Shown here: positions 50,981 to 63,169 of the stretch, in pieces
Numbering within the stretch: position 1 is the first letter of the stretch
Layout of the letters: the number at the start of each line of letters is the position of its first letter
NCBI GenBank assembly: GCA_964016885.1
Contig: OZ024743.1
Span: 152,892,001-152,956,000, forward strand
Reading direction: 5' to 3'
Source of the DNA: Eledone cirrhosa
Lineage: Eukaryota
DNA length: 64,000 bases
Program-made: the position numbers and the translations under genes
Notes under the pieces: model-generated
What the model saw: only the letters and a program-made list of their open reading frames with translations
The model's database searches: none
Told to the model about the DNA's origin: nothing

Positions 50981-51029
50981 TTCTTCTTCTTCTTCTTCTT
51001 CTTCTTCTTCTTCTTCTTCTTCTTCTTCT
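50981..51029. repeat. (TTC)n microsatellite
   Basis: Direct inspection. Confidence 0.95.
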
Positions 51030-52005
51030 GACTGTGGATTGACAAAGTCATTGGAGCATTGGACAAAATACTTAGCAAAACACTTACATCTCAGGGGTAG
51101 AGGATAGGAAATATTGGTAGAACATCATATAGTTACATCCTTTTAAGTTCCGAGTTCAAATCCTGCTAAGGTTAGTTTTGCCTTTCATCCTTACGAGTTT
51201 GATAAAATAAAATACCAGTAATGCACTGGGGTTGCTTTAATCAACTCCATCCTCCCAATAAAAAGAAAATTGTTGACCTTGCGCCTTAATCAGAAACCAT
51301 AATTTTTGCATTATTTTACATTCTGAGTTCAAATCTGGCATAGGTCAACTTTGACTATTAATGATATGCTATGTGACTCCATAGCCAGTAGGCTGGCATT
51401 ACAAGAATAAAGAATATGCTCAAAAAGTGAAATATGAAAGAGTAAATAAATTAAATAATTGTTTCTACTTCAGGCAGAAGGCCAGCAATTTGAAGGGAAG
51501 GGGAAAGTCGATTAAATCGACCACAGTGCTTACAGGTACTGCTAGCGTGGAAAATGGACGTTAAACGAAGATGATGATGATGATGATGATGATGAACCCT
51601 ATAAGGATGGAAGGCAAAGTTAACATTGGCTGGATTTGAACTCAGAACGCAAAGGGCCGTAACTCTATGCTAAAAAGCATATTGTCCGACACTCTACCGA
51701 TATTGCCAATAGAAATAATGATTTCTAATGAAGGTAAACTAAAGTACCAGTAAAGTAATGGGGTTGTTATAATTGTCTTTCCCCTCCTCACAAAGCCTTG
51801 AGCTTTTTAGAAATCATGGCAGTATTGGTAGAGGGTCGGACGCCATGCTTTGCAGCAAAGAGTTTCGGCCCTTTATGATCTGAGTTCAAATCCCGCCGAG
51901 GTTAACTTTGCCTTTCATCCTTACGGGGTCGATAAAATAAAGTACCAGTAATACACTGGGGTAATTGCTGGCCTTGTGCCAAATGTAGAAACAATTATTA
52001 TTATC
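51030..52005. mobile_element. Cluster of further Nin-like SINE copies (51140-51300 +, 51455-51710 - interrupted by an RTE tail, 51817-52003 +)
   Basis: Repeated gagttcaaatcc...ttgcctttcatcctt...gataaaataaa.taccagtaa on both strands. Confidence 0.85.
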
Positions 52006-54789
52006 AGTAGATTGTCATAATTAGTTGGGTGGTTTGTAGTATTTAGATATACTTCTTTACATTCTGAGTTCATTTCATACAGTTGGTAGCATTTATATTT
52101 AATTTTTCTTGGCTTGAGAAAACAATTACCTGTCAATTCCTGGGAACAATATAATCAATTGTTAGCCCTTAAATATATGGATTTTGTACCCTCGTTAAAA
52201 ATCATTATTTCTATTATTTACGCCTTCATATTTCTCTTTTTGAATGTATTCTTTATTCCTGTTATGCCAGGCTATTGGCTATGGAATCACATAGCATATA
52301 ATTAAATGATCATGTGGTTTTGTGTATGTGTCAGTGTATGAGCATAATGTGCAATACTATTTTACTAATTTGTACAAGCTGGTTGTTCCTCTTAGTCTAT
52401 CTAATATTCATTTTATTTTAGTTATTTTTCTTCATGTGAACAAACCTTTCCTAAAGTTGTGCATGTTTTCGACTTGGACAGTTTTCCGTTGTTCCAGGGG
52501 TTGAAGTGATAAGCTGTGAATTTTATTTGATTTAGCACTCCCACAGTTAGTACCACAAAAGTGCTATTATTTTTCCATTTTCTTCTGTTATATCATAATT
52601 TATGAACAATATCGTTGTTAGTTACCTACAGATTTCCACTGAACCACTCATTGGTGCAGGATATTTTTTATTTCTAAATTACTTAATGATTAGCAATATA
52701 ACAGAGCTAATCCATCAGGAGTTTGCTTTCCTACACCACATATGAGAATTTCAACAAACAAAGAGATATTGCCTTTGATTTCAGGAAAGCCCTTTTCCAA
52801 GTCTAATATCTCACTATGGCAATTTGAGTACATTTCCCATCTCATATCCTATAAAATCTGGTTTGCTCTAGTGTTTGATTATGTCTTTCACGATTTTCCT
52901 TCTCTATATTAACTACTTAAATGCTGTTACCTCCAATTTTGTTCATGTTTTGTTCAATTTTTAGTACTAACTTATGCACCACATGTTACATATTGAATTT
53001 TATCCATTCCAACATTTCCAGATACTTGAATGATTTGGAAGCTTCAAGTTCCTTTCATTATTCATCTGTTTGTAGTTTATAATTTCAATTTTGTTTATTT
53101 CCCTTTTTTTTGCATAAGAGGTTCAGTCCTTTATTCTGCCATAGATCCCCTCTTACACTTTTACTGAATATTTGGAATGCTGCATATAAGAATTCCATAT
53201 GATCATTCAATTTAGCAAACTACTTCAAGTTACTCATATGCCACCATTCATTATGTAAACATAACTTTTTTTCCTACTCCTAGTAATTGTTGTTGTTTAG
53301 CCTCAGGTTTACTCCAACTCTGTAGATTTATGAGTAAAAGCATTCAAACTATTACCATCCTATCTTTATGCATACTTTGTATGTGAAATTATTCCAATGC
53401 ATCCCTTTTTTAAGCCATTAGGGTGTGATTTAAGGGAGATTTGATTGCTATTTCTAACAAGTTGAATGGCAGTGTAGAAGCTTCTTCATTGACATGCAAA
53501 GAGGAAAGTGATGTTACTATTGTTGTTTAGATTCTTTGTAATGTTTTCAGTAATTATTGTCCATTGTTCTATAGAGAGCTCTTATTTTCTTTCTTGATCT
53601 ATTATTCATTGGCTTTCTCTGTTTTTATCCCATAATTCTATGATGATGATGATGATAATGATAATTATTATTTCCCATTTATTTCCATATAACTGCGTAT
53701 AGATCCCTAATTTCCATCATCTATGCCTTACTATATTTACCTATTATATATACATACATTATTTCTTAATTTATTTGGTTTGCTACACATTGTTTAGTGA
53801 TAATGCATATAGATCCTTTCTCTTTTGTTAATCTGTTATTCTGTAATTCTGTACTTTTATTTTTGAAGCAGTGGTTGAGCAATATTTTGCTATTCTGTCC
53901 TCGCTATTGATATTTAACCTCATCTCAGGCTTACAATCAAAAGCATTCTAGCCACAATATCTCATCTTTTCTTTTTTCAGGCATAGTGTTCTCTGGACAA
54001 CACAAACCAATATATCATTCTTTTAAAAGTGAGCATGTTGTGGTTTGAAGTAGATTCAATTGCTCTTTTTCACAGATTGAGTGATTGCATAAAGGTTTAT
54101 TTCAGCTTCAGAAAATGTCTTTTATTATTTTATTTTAAGTTTCATTCCTCAATTGCTCTTATTTCTGAATGTTATTTTAGGTTCTGTTTCTTCAAAATGC
54201 CCTTTGTTTTAGCATTTATAAGTATTAGCAACTACAACATACTTTCTATGACTTTTTCAGATAAGCCCCTCTTGTTGCAGCTGAGGTATAAACTCTCCTG
54301 TCTTTGGTTTGTTGGTTTATTGCAAGTTGTTAAGTTCTGTTGCCATGTTTGTATGTGAATGTATACATTTATATAAGTGTCATTCTTGGTTTGTAATTGT
54401 AATAACCCATATATATGTATATGTATGCATTAGTGAATGTTCTCACAAATGAGAAGATAGATGGATTTATATTGTTCATGAATAGTTTGTATATTTCATC
54501 TTGTTCCTTCTAATTTTTTGTATTTCATATCTTCATTTACCTTTTTTCATTCCATTTACCTTTTTGATTTTCTTTTATTTTGTAGTTGTAGTTGTTTTAT
54601 CAGCATAATCTTTCATTGTTTCTTGGTTACGGTGGATTTCATCTAATGCAAAGTATTTTTGGTGAATTTGTACATTGAAATTTTACTACTTCTCTTAGAT
54701 TTTCTAAACTATCTATCATTTTTATTTATTTGAGATTTTCCTCTTTCCTTTTCGTTTTGCAGATTTTTATGGGGTTGATTGAAGATAGA

Positions 54790-55645
54790 TTTATATATGC
54801 TCTGATGGAGTGTAATGTTAATGAGCATGTGCATGTGTGACATAGCATAAGCAAATTGAGGAAAACACATGGCATAAGAGGAGTTGGATGTAGTGTGCAA
54901 GAGAGAAGACTGCATTGGTATGGATTTTTGATACACATAGTAGATAAGAGCTGTATAAAAAATACAGAGAAACCCCAAATGCCTGGGAACCATGAAAGCA
55001 GCAGACCAAAGAAGACATGGCATGAATGTGTGAAAACTGATCTTAAAAAACTAAACCTCACAACAGAAATGACTAAAGACCATGAGGACTGGCAATATGC
55101 AGTGCTGAAGAAGACCCAACCTGCTGCATACAATGTGACCTGACCTACCCCATGTTCCCCCCATTCCACAAGCACTTACAAACAGCTATTCTCAACATCA
55201 CAACAACACTACATCACCCTCACCACACACCTCTCATACCCCCACATGCCTCATGCCCCTGCACACATTCCTAGCCGCTTCACCCCTGTGAAGTGGTTGG
55301 TGATGGTAAGGGCATCTAACCATGAAGGGTTTGCAAAAAAAAAGGGTGAAAAGGACCCTTCATTCATGTCAAGGACATGGCAGCCTCCCCATTGTTGGTT
55401 TACTACACAATAAATGCACCCAGTACACACTGGAAAATGGTTATTGATGGGAAGGGCATCCAGTTGAAGAAAGCCTGCCAAACATCTCCTGTGCACTCAG
55501 CAGAATGTGAAACAAGTGATATGCAGATGCCCGGCTTGTCTGAGAGATCAGTAGCACCACTTCCGTACTGACTTGGTCTATATAGACTCGTTCAAACCTT
55601 GTTAGCAGGGAAAGCAGATATGAAAATAACGATGATGATGATGAT
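54790..55645 (+). mobile_element. Old RTE 3' fragment with UTR and (GAT)n tail
   Basis: ORF 54856-55143 GIRGVGCSVQERRLHWYG...RPKKTWHECVKTDL. Confidence 0.8.
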
Positions 55646-56865
55646 AAACCGTATAGTAAATCCAGGGTTGTTATAGAAGACTTATGGTACATTGCAGTTA
55701 AATGGAATTTGAAGCCACATGACCATACCTGCCCCTCATTACATTAAGTCTGTGAAAAATAAAAACGGATGCAACAGTCATAGCTGAAATGTGTTTAATG
55801 ATAACTCCACCTAAACAGAGCTGATCTAAGGCTAAACAACTTAATACGCACATACAAGGTTTGGTTTTGTGTTTAGACAAAATATAAATCAGCGTTTTTT
55901 ATGAAAAAGATAGCTGAACACATTTCTTGCAATATTCTTAAAATATTTCAATTGAAATTTTCAACTCTTTTTTTGGGGGTCAAGAAATTTGATTTTAACA
56001 ATATCATGTGCCAATAAATGATACAAGTATGACATATTATTATTAATTTGCCTGACTTAGAAAAGAAATTGAGATTTAATCTCATGTTTCTATTTTCATG
56101 ACTACAATGATATTAAAAAAATAGTGTCTGAAGTCAAAGTTCTTTGTGTTACCTAAAGGCACTAGACACAATTCTTAGAATGTGATATATTAATATTTAT
56201 TCTGATACATGTAATAATTTTGCTGGATAAATTAATACTTTTTTGTTGTTCTAGCTGATTTGGTTTAAGTAAAATATTAGGTTTTGGAGTTATCCTACTG
56301 GAAAAGGCCTACGACATTGCTCTTTATCAGTATTGAGAAAATAGCAATTGTGAAGATATTTTCATATATTAATATCTTTTCTTGGACCTTACTGCAATTT
56401 CCATTGCTAAAAGAAAAAGAAATTTGTTCCACAATCTAACAACTGCTGGATCAATTTCATATTGTTTAAGCAGCAAAGAAAAGGAAGAAAATGTAAATAA
56501 ATTGAGCATTTGGATAACTTCTTATATATAGTGCAGCAAATAGAGAAACATATTTATTGGCAAGAAGCTACAGAAAAAAGTAGACAAGTTCATTTGTAAC
56601 AATGTTACCTTCCTCTAATAAATGAGAAAGCAAGCTCGGGTTAAGTGTAAAAATATTTCTTATTTTATAATCTATACACATTCTTACTTCTTTGCAGTTG
56701 CTATAAACACAAAGAAATGCTATAAACATGAAGAAATGTTCTGTTAAAACTGTAAAAAATATTCAATAAGACAGTAACAAATCCCACTTATAATAGTACA
56801 TTATCAAAAACATGTATCCATGAGAAATAGACATTGACTTTTGACTATAAATGGTACATAATAAT

Positions 56866-57074
56866 TGTTTCTATTTTTGGCACAAGGCCAGCAATTATCC
56901 CAGTGTATTACTGGTACTTTATTCTATCGACCCCATAAGGATGAAAGGCAAAGTTAACCTCGGCAGGATTTGAACTCAGACCATAAAGGGCTGTAACTCT
57001 TTGCTGCAAAGCATGGCGTCCAACCCTCTACCGATACTGCCAATCCACCGCCAACTTGCCAATCCACCGCCAAC
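56866..57074 (-). mobile_element. Nin-like tRNA SINE with 18-bp TSD
   Basis: TSD taaatggtacataataat at 56848-56865 and 57075-57092; same family as the 50183 array. Confidence 0.92.
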
Positions 57075-58565
57075 TAAATGGTACATAATAATGCACAACT
57101 AGTATAACATTAAAAATTAATATTTTAGAATTCATCTTCTCTTAACATATTTTCTATTGATGGCATTAATATGTTTGTGTATCATCACATAAACTATCGA
57201 ATAAAGATTTATAGAAAATTTAATATAGTTATATATATTAGAAATTTTAAAATAGATTAAAATTTCTTCATTGGATAAAACATTTGAATGTTTCCTGTTT
57301 TCTACACTATTCACTCTCTGGCCAAGATTGAAATCAAGTATCTGATATCACATGGCAAATTCAATTTTCTTTTTAACTAGTTTTACAATCAGTATAGGGT
57401 ATATCAGTTTTATAAATTATCAAAGAACTGATGTATTTTTAATTCTCATGTAAAAATGCAATTTGCAACTAAATTGATTTTGCAATCTATCAGGTTTTCT
57501 TTCCCATGGAATTTAGTTACACTAAAGTTCACTTACAAGATTTTCACCAAATTGCTAGCTTATGTTTATTTGAAATTACTTCAATGTCTTCTGGGTATAA
57601 TTATTGAGAAAATTACCAATTTTACTTGCAACCACTTGAAGCTGCCAGAATTACTATGGATTTAGGAATTTTACCAAATTGGGAGTTGGAAGGGAAATTA
57701 AATGTTGACCCATTATTACTTGTCTTAAAACTATTACATTTTCTCAATTTACAATATCTGTTGATGTAATACCTATGAAAAAAGTCAATATACTATATGA
57801 GATTATCATTGAGTAAAATATCAATGAAGTACAAATGCAAATGTCTGTGGAATTTCACATTTGTTGACAAATAATTCCAGTTGTATAGCAATTTGGTTCA
57901 TGAAAGTTCTTAGGGAAATTAGTGACCTTCAAAATTTTATGGGATCAGAACGATATCTAACATGACAAACCCAAAAGAAAAAAAAATAATAATTAAAAAA
58001 TCATTTGAAGTAATTTTCTCTCTATTAATTTTCCCTTCTACAATCACCTGAAAAGAGACAATTGATCAAGTTTGGTTATCTTTTTAAGTGTGAGGTTTTT
58101 TAACACAAAGAAATCGGTACATTGATACTGAAATAGATATCTTCATAAAAGAAGACATGTGTCATTAAACCTAGATTCCAATATTACTAGTGATTCTTTC
58201 TGTGTCAACATCATTTAACATCTGATATTCCATGCTGTCATAGGTTGGACAAAATTTGAACTTATCATTAATCAAAAAGCAAGGTATTTTCTCCAATACT
58301 CTTATAATTCCACCAATCTACTGACTTGACTTGGTACTCTATAAACCTTGAAATGACAAAAGGCAAAGTTAAAATTAGTGGGGCTGGAATTCGGAGGGTG
58401 AAGATCTCAAACAAATACTCCAAAGCATTTTGTCTGATATTTTAATGTGCACTGGTAAATATATCATTATTAATATCAGCTATTTGCCCTTTTGATATCA
58501 ACCTAAATGAAAACTCATCTTTAAAGTTTTCGTCATCACCATCATTATCCTCCTTCTCTTCATAA

Positions 58566-60292
58566 CACTGTGTAACATATTATTTGTTTGCTAGTTCTAA
58601 GTGTCATTTCCTGGTTTATTATATCCCATTATTATAAAGAAACACTATTATTTAATTAGAAGTTGGGTTTTGAGGTCAGGAGTTTGATATTTTGAAATTT
58701 TCATATTTTTCAAGAAAAAACACATTTAAAAAAAATTTATCAGTTTTAAAAAAATGTATCAGTTTATCAACAGAGTATATATTTATTTTATTACACAAGG
58801 TTATCAAAAGCAAACAAGTAAAACCAAATAACACTTATAAAGCAACTTATATACGTCAGAAATGACTGGATTTCCTGGATTTGCAGTTGTAGTCCAGGTC
58901 GCATTCCCGCACTAACCCCAGATATAGTCCCCATCCTTTTTTCATTGTAGTGGCTCTGGTACCTCCGCTCTATCTCTTTCACATCTTGGTGGATTCGTTC
59001 GCCTTGTTCTTCTGAGTAGGCGCCCATATTGTCCTTGAATTTTTCCAGGTGAGCGTCCAGCATATGGAGTTTAAGCGACATCCTGCATCCCATTGCGCCA
59101 AAATCTTTTATCAGATCCTTCACCAGTTGCTGGTAGTTTTCAGCTCTGTAGTTGCCCAGGAAGCCCTTAACAACTGCCTTGAAACAGTTCCATGCTGTTC
59201 CCTCAATCCTATTGAGCTTATTGGAGAACTCGGTAGACTCAAACACCTTCTTTATCTGAGGTCCAACAAAAATTCCACCTTTGATTTTGGCCTCAGATAA
59301 CTTGGGGAAGAACTCAAGAAGGTACTTAAAAGCGGCTGATTCTTGGTTGAGAGCCTTCACAAACTGCTTCATCAACCCCAACTTAATGTGCAGTGGCGGC
59401 ATGAGCACAATCCTGGGATCAACCAGTGGCTCCCACATGACGTTCCAGGTCCCAACTACAAATTCTGTTCGCTGCTCCCAGTTCTTTCTTTTGTAGTGGT
59501 CAGAGGTGGCTCTGCTGTCCCAAAGGCAGAGGAAGCATTGGAATTTGATAAAGCCTCCTTGGAGTCCAAGCAGGAAAGCCACCATCTTGAAGTCTTCAAT
59601 GATTTCCCAATTGTACTGGTTGTATTGCAGAGCTTCCAAGAGGACTTTCAGGCAGACTGAATGAGCTAAGGGCAGTGTCGGGAACTTGTTTCCATTGTGG
59701 AGGAGGACAGCCTTCAAACTTGTGGTGGAGCTGTCTATAAATAGCTGCCACTCCTTGGGCAAAACCGCAATAACATCAAACAATCCAGGCACGTCATGGC
59801 AGAAGCAGAGGCCATCCCTAAGAGTGTAAAAGCCTGAGAAAGGTTTGTGTCGACTTCTCTGACTTGTCACCTGCACTTCCTCCTTGACCAAGTTCCACTG
59901 CTTCATCCTGGAGATGAATGCTTAAAACACAACTTACCCTTTATTCAGGGTGCAAAAATCCAGTATCAATAAATCTCTTTAATCCACTTTTTAACAATTT
60001 TATACTTTATTGCACTTTTATAATTTTCTTTAGGTATTACTCTTTATTTTATCATTTTAATTTAACCTGAAACATATATAAAAAAAATCATTTAATATAA
60101 GCAAATTAAACTTACATACAACGTAAACTCCAGCATACAAATAATTCTAGTGAATAGCTTAGGATTTTTACAAACCCAAACTTTTAACTGTTTAATAGCA
60201 CTTTTTTTTTATTTATTTGGGACCTAAGCAACACAAAAAAAAAGTGATTACAAGCCAGGAACAGAGAAAACATTTTTTTTTGTTACACGGTG
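58566..60292 (-). mobile_element. Chapaev3 (CMC superfamily) DNA transposon, internally deleted
   Basis: Termini cactgtgtaaca (58566) and tgttacacggtg (60281-60292); TAA on both flanks (58563-58565, 60293-60295); contains a transposase ORF. Confidence 0.85.
58791..59906 (-). CDS. Chapaev3-type transposase, C-terminal/catalytic part (371-aa open frame, N-terminus missing)
   Basis: WQLFIDSSTTSLKAVLLHNGN, CFLCLWDSRA, PPLHIKLGLMKQFVKAL, FPKLSEAKIKGGIFVGPQI, MSLKLHMLDAH, GAYSEEQGERIHQD. Confidence 0.8.
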   Translation of the reverse strand: MKQWNLVKEEVQVTSQRSRHKPFSGFYTLRDGLCFCHDVPGLFDVIAVLPKEWQLFIDSSTTSLKAVLLHNGNKFPTLPLAHSVCLKVLLEALQYNQYNWEIIEDFKMVAFLLGLQGGFIKFQCFLCLWDSRATSDHYKRKNWEQRTEFVVGTWNVMWEPLVDPRIVLMPPLHIKLGLMKQFVKALNQESAAFKYLLEFFPKLSEAKIKGGIFVGPQIKKVFESTEFSNKLNRIEGTAWNCFKAVVKGFLGNYRAENYQQLVKDLIKDFGAMGCRMSLKLHMLDAHLEKFKDNMGAYSEEQGERIHQDVKEIERRYQSHYNEKRMGTISGVSAGMRPGLQLQIQEIQSFLTYISCFISVIWFYLFAFDNLV

Positions 60293-60682
60293 TAATCATC
60301 ATCATCACCATCACCATCACCACCACCACCACCACCATCATCATCATCACCACCATCCTCATCCTCATCCCCATCATCATCATCATTTTATGTCTGCTTT
60401 CCATGCTGGCATGAACAAGTTGTCACAGTCCAAAACCAAAGAGACAAAGCAGCTTCATCTTGTTTATACATATTTGTCAGGGATTCTACAATTGGATACC
60501 TTTCCTGACACAAACCATCATACAAAGTATTCATATCTAAAATAAATAATTTCATCAGGATTTATGTATTAATCTTTCATTAAGTGTTTTTCCAAACTAG
60601 AATTCAATAGCAAAAATGTTATTTATTCAATGAAATCAATCCTAAATCTTCTGATTAAAATTTAATTATTTTTATTATCTTA

Positions 60683-61410
60683 CACTGGTCTACAATGAAA
60701 TTGTTTTGGAGACCAAACCAGTTGATCTTTATTAATTTGAGGGTGCTGAATGATACCCATGTTTGATGTTTAGGTCTTCTTTTTGAAATTTACTTCAAAT
60801 GCAGCTTTTTCATTTTTTATGAAAATAAGCAGAAGGGGTGGGGGAGTGGGATTGTAAGCTACTATCAGTAGTGTAAGACAAAAGAATTGAAGACAATTTT
60901 TGTTACATTTGTGGCAAAATAACCTTTACTGTAAAAAAAAGAACAATGACAAATAATGTTAGAAGGGCCTATCATCTTTATTTTCGTGTCGTGAAAGTGG
61001 GAGAACAAGACAAGCGCTGGGCCGTGCATGTGTGCTGTAATATTTGTGTAACAAACCTTCACCAATGGCTGCAAAGGAAAAGAAAATTTATGCTTTTTGC
61101 AGTGTCAATGGTTTGGCATGAGCTAACTAATCATTTAAACAATTGTTACTTCTGTATTGTGCAACTATCTCAGAAAGGACTTAAAATACAGATGCCCAGT
61201 GCCACATGGTGAAACACTACCTACACCTGTATCCCCAGAAATAATCCCTTGTAGAAGGTAAGATAATTTTGCTGCCACCATCGAACATCAAACTGGGATT
61301 GATGAAGAACTTAATAAAAGCTGTAGATTAGACAGGACAGGTTTTCCAGTATCTTGGCAGGAAGTTTCCACAACCAAGTGAAGCAAAAAAAAAAATTAAA
61401 GAGGGCATGA
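60683..61410 (+). mobile_element. Second, older Chapaev3 remnant (left end and N-terminal zinc finger)
   Basis: tta|cactg terminus; FCYICG at ~60898; AYHLYF...GEQDKRWAVHVCCNIC...FAVSMVWHE..NH..NCYFC (ORF 60946-61212); FP..SEAK..IKEG at ~61365. Confidence 0.75.
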
Positions 61411-61497
61411 TTCTACCCTACATGAGAATAAACTGGAGAGGCCTCTCATGAATCCCAATTCCTAGTTATTTTCAAATTTAACTGAAATACATGTGTA

Positions 61498-61656
61498 TGA
61501 GGGTCAGCTGAAAAGTTCATATGCTGACTATAAAGGAGCGATGCTAGGGCTGTGAAATCTTGCATGCATTGTTTTCAACTCTTCTTATTAATAATTGACT
61601 TTGGTCATTTCATGAGAGTATTTTGGTCAGCTAATGAACTTTTCAGTAGACCCTCG
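61498..61656. mobile_element. Tc1/mariner-type MITE
   Basis: ta|tgagggtcagctgaaaagttcat...atgaacttttcagtagaccctcg|ta, i.e. TIRs with TA flanks. Confidence 0.75.
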
Positions 61657-61879
61657 TAATTCAATAGAAATATAGTCACAAATGGTAACTGTAAGGTTTC
61701 AGAGATAAGACTTTAAATTGATAATGTGTAAATATTTTACATTAGACATCTTATATTAGACATACTCAACATTCACCCATAACTTCATATCTGTCTCCCT
61801 TCTTCTTTTAGCCACCACCAAACCCCACAGAGCAGAGACAGCTCTTCTGTTGGGACTGTGACCAACAACTATACTTGTG

Positions 61880-62330
61880 AATGTGCCTTGAAAATAAACT
61901 CGGTACACCCTGTAAGGCAGCTGGCAATAGGAAGGGTATTCCACTATAGAAACCAGGCCAAAATGTGTTGAGAGGACATCTCAGATGTTTTAATGGCAAA
62001 ACAATCTCTCTAGTGTTAGTGATTTACATGATAAACACACCCACTGTACACTGTAAAGTGGTTGGTGATAGGAAAGGCCTCCAGCTGTAGAAATCTTGCC
62101 AAAGAAAGGGTTGGGAGATACCTTCGGTTATGTTATGGACATGAAAACCTCCCTAGTGTTGGTCATCTTCATGATATATGCACACCATTCATATTGTAAA
62201 ATGATTGATGATAGAAATGACATCCAAACTTGGAAAGTTTGCCAAACAAAGGATTGTAGGGACCCTTCAGTTGTGTCAAAACATATGACAGCCTCTCTAG
62301 TGCAGGTACCACAACAAAATGCACTTGGTA
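61880..62330 (+). repeat. RTE 3'-UTR-like tandem modules
   Basis: Repeated cactgtaaagtggttggtgataggaa.g.c.tccagc.gtagaaa-like units. Confidence 0.55.
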
Positions 62331-62409
62331 AAATGTGGGACCATATGTAAGTGAGATGCTAACCTATGGCCATTTTTCACAAATTTCTATCCACTAATAA
62401 AGATACTAT

Positions 62410-62686
62410 GTGGAGGCATGTGGCCTAGTGGTAAGGGTTAGACTTACAATCATAATGTTGTGTGTTTGTTTCCTGGGTTGTGTGTTGCTTTCTTGAGCAA
62501 AACACTTGATTTCACATTGTTCCATTATACTCAGCTGAAAATGAGTACCAGCAATAACTGGGGGTTTAATCCTGCAACGGACTGGCATCCTATCTAAGGG
62601 GCAGTCTTGTAATCTTAGTCGCTTCACGCCATGAAACCGGGATAAGCAAATGAGCCTTCTCGCTTAAGACAGATTTTAAGCTTTTA
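62410..62686 (+). mobile_element. tRNA/CORE-like SINE with a different (V-domain-like) 3' half, 15-bp TSD
   Basis: TSD taataaagatactat at 62395-62409 and 62687-62701; head ggaggcatgtggcctagtgg; cctgcaacggactggcatcctatctaagggg...tagtcgcttcacgccatgaaaccggg. Confidence 0.85.
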
Positions 62687-62974
62687 TAATAAAGATACTA
62701 TAAACATTTGAATTAACTGATCAAATATATTTCAGAAAGTATGGAAGACAACTATAGACATGTTTCAGTCTTAGTATGACCTGATCTTCAAAGCAGATAG
62801 ACTTCATTTTACATAGGGGTGAACATACCACCAAATAAATGATTTGACACATATAGGAAAATAGAATTGTTTAAGGAATAAATAACACAGGGATGGCATT
62901 ATATATGTTAGTATAAACTTCACTATTGATTTTCATGCAGATGGTATCTCTGATGGTATCTCTGTCTAATATAA

Positions 62975-63154
62975 ACATGGTGGACCATAACGCACCAGAG
63001 TACTCAATATTTAGGGTAGTAGAGTGGATAATAGGAAAAGAGTCAGGACACCGATGGCTGAGCTCCAGCTGTTTCGACAGCTAGATCTCAACATTCAGAT
63101 CTAGCTATTGAAACAGCTGGAGCTCAGCCATTGGGGTCCTGACTCCTTTCCTAT
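62975..63154. mobile_element. Hairpin element, copy 3 (divergent variant)
   Basis: Stem 63031-63088 / 63097-63154; same leader; followed by (TA)n. Confidence 0.88.
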
Positions 63155-63169
63155 ATATATATATATATA

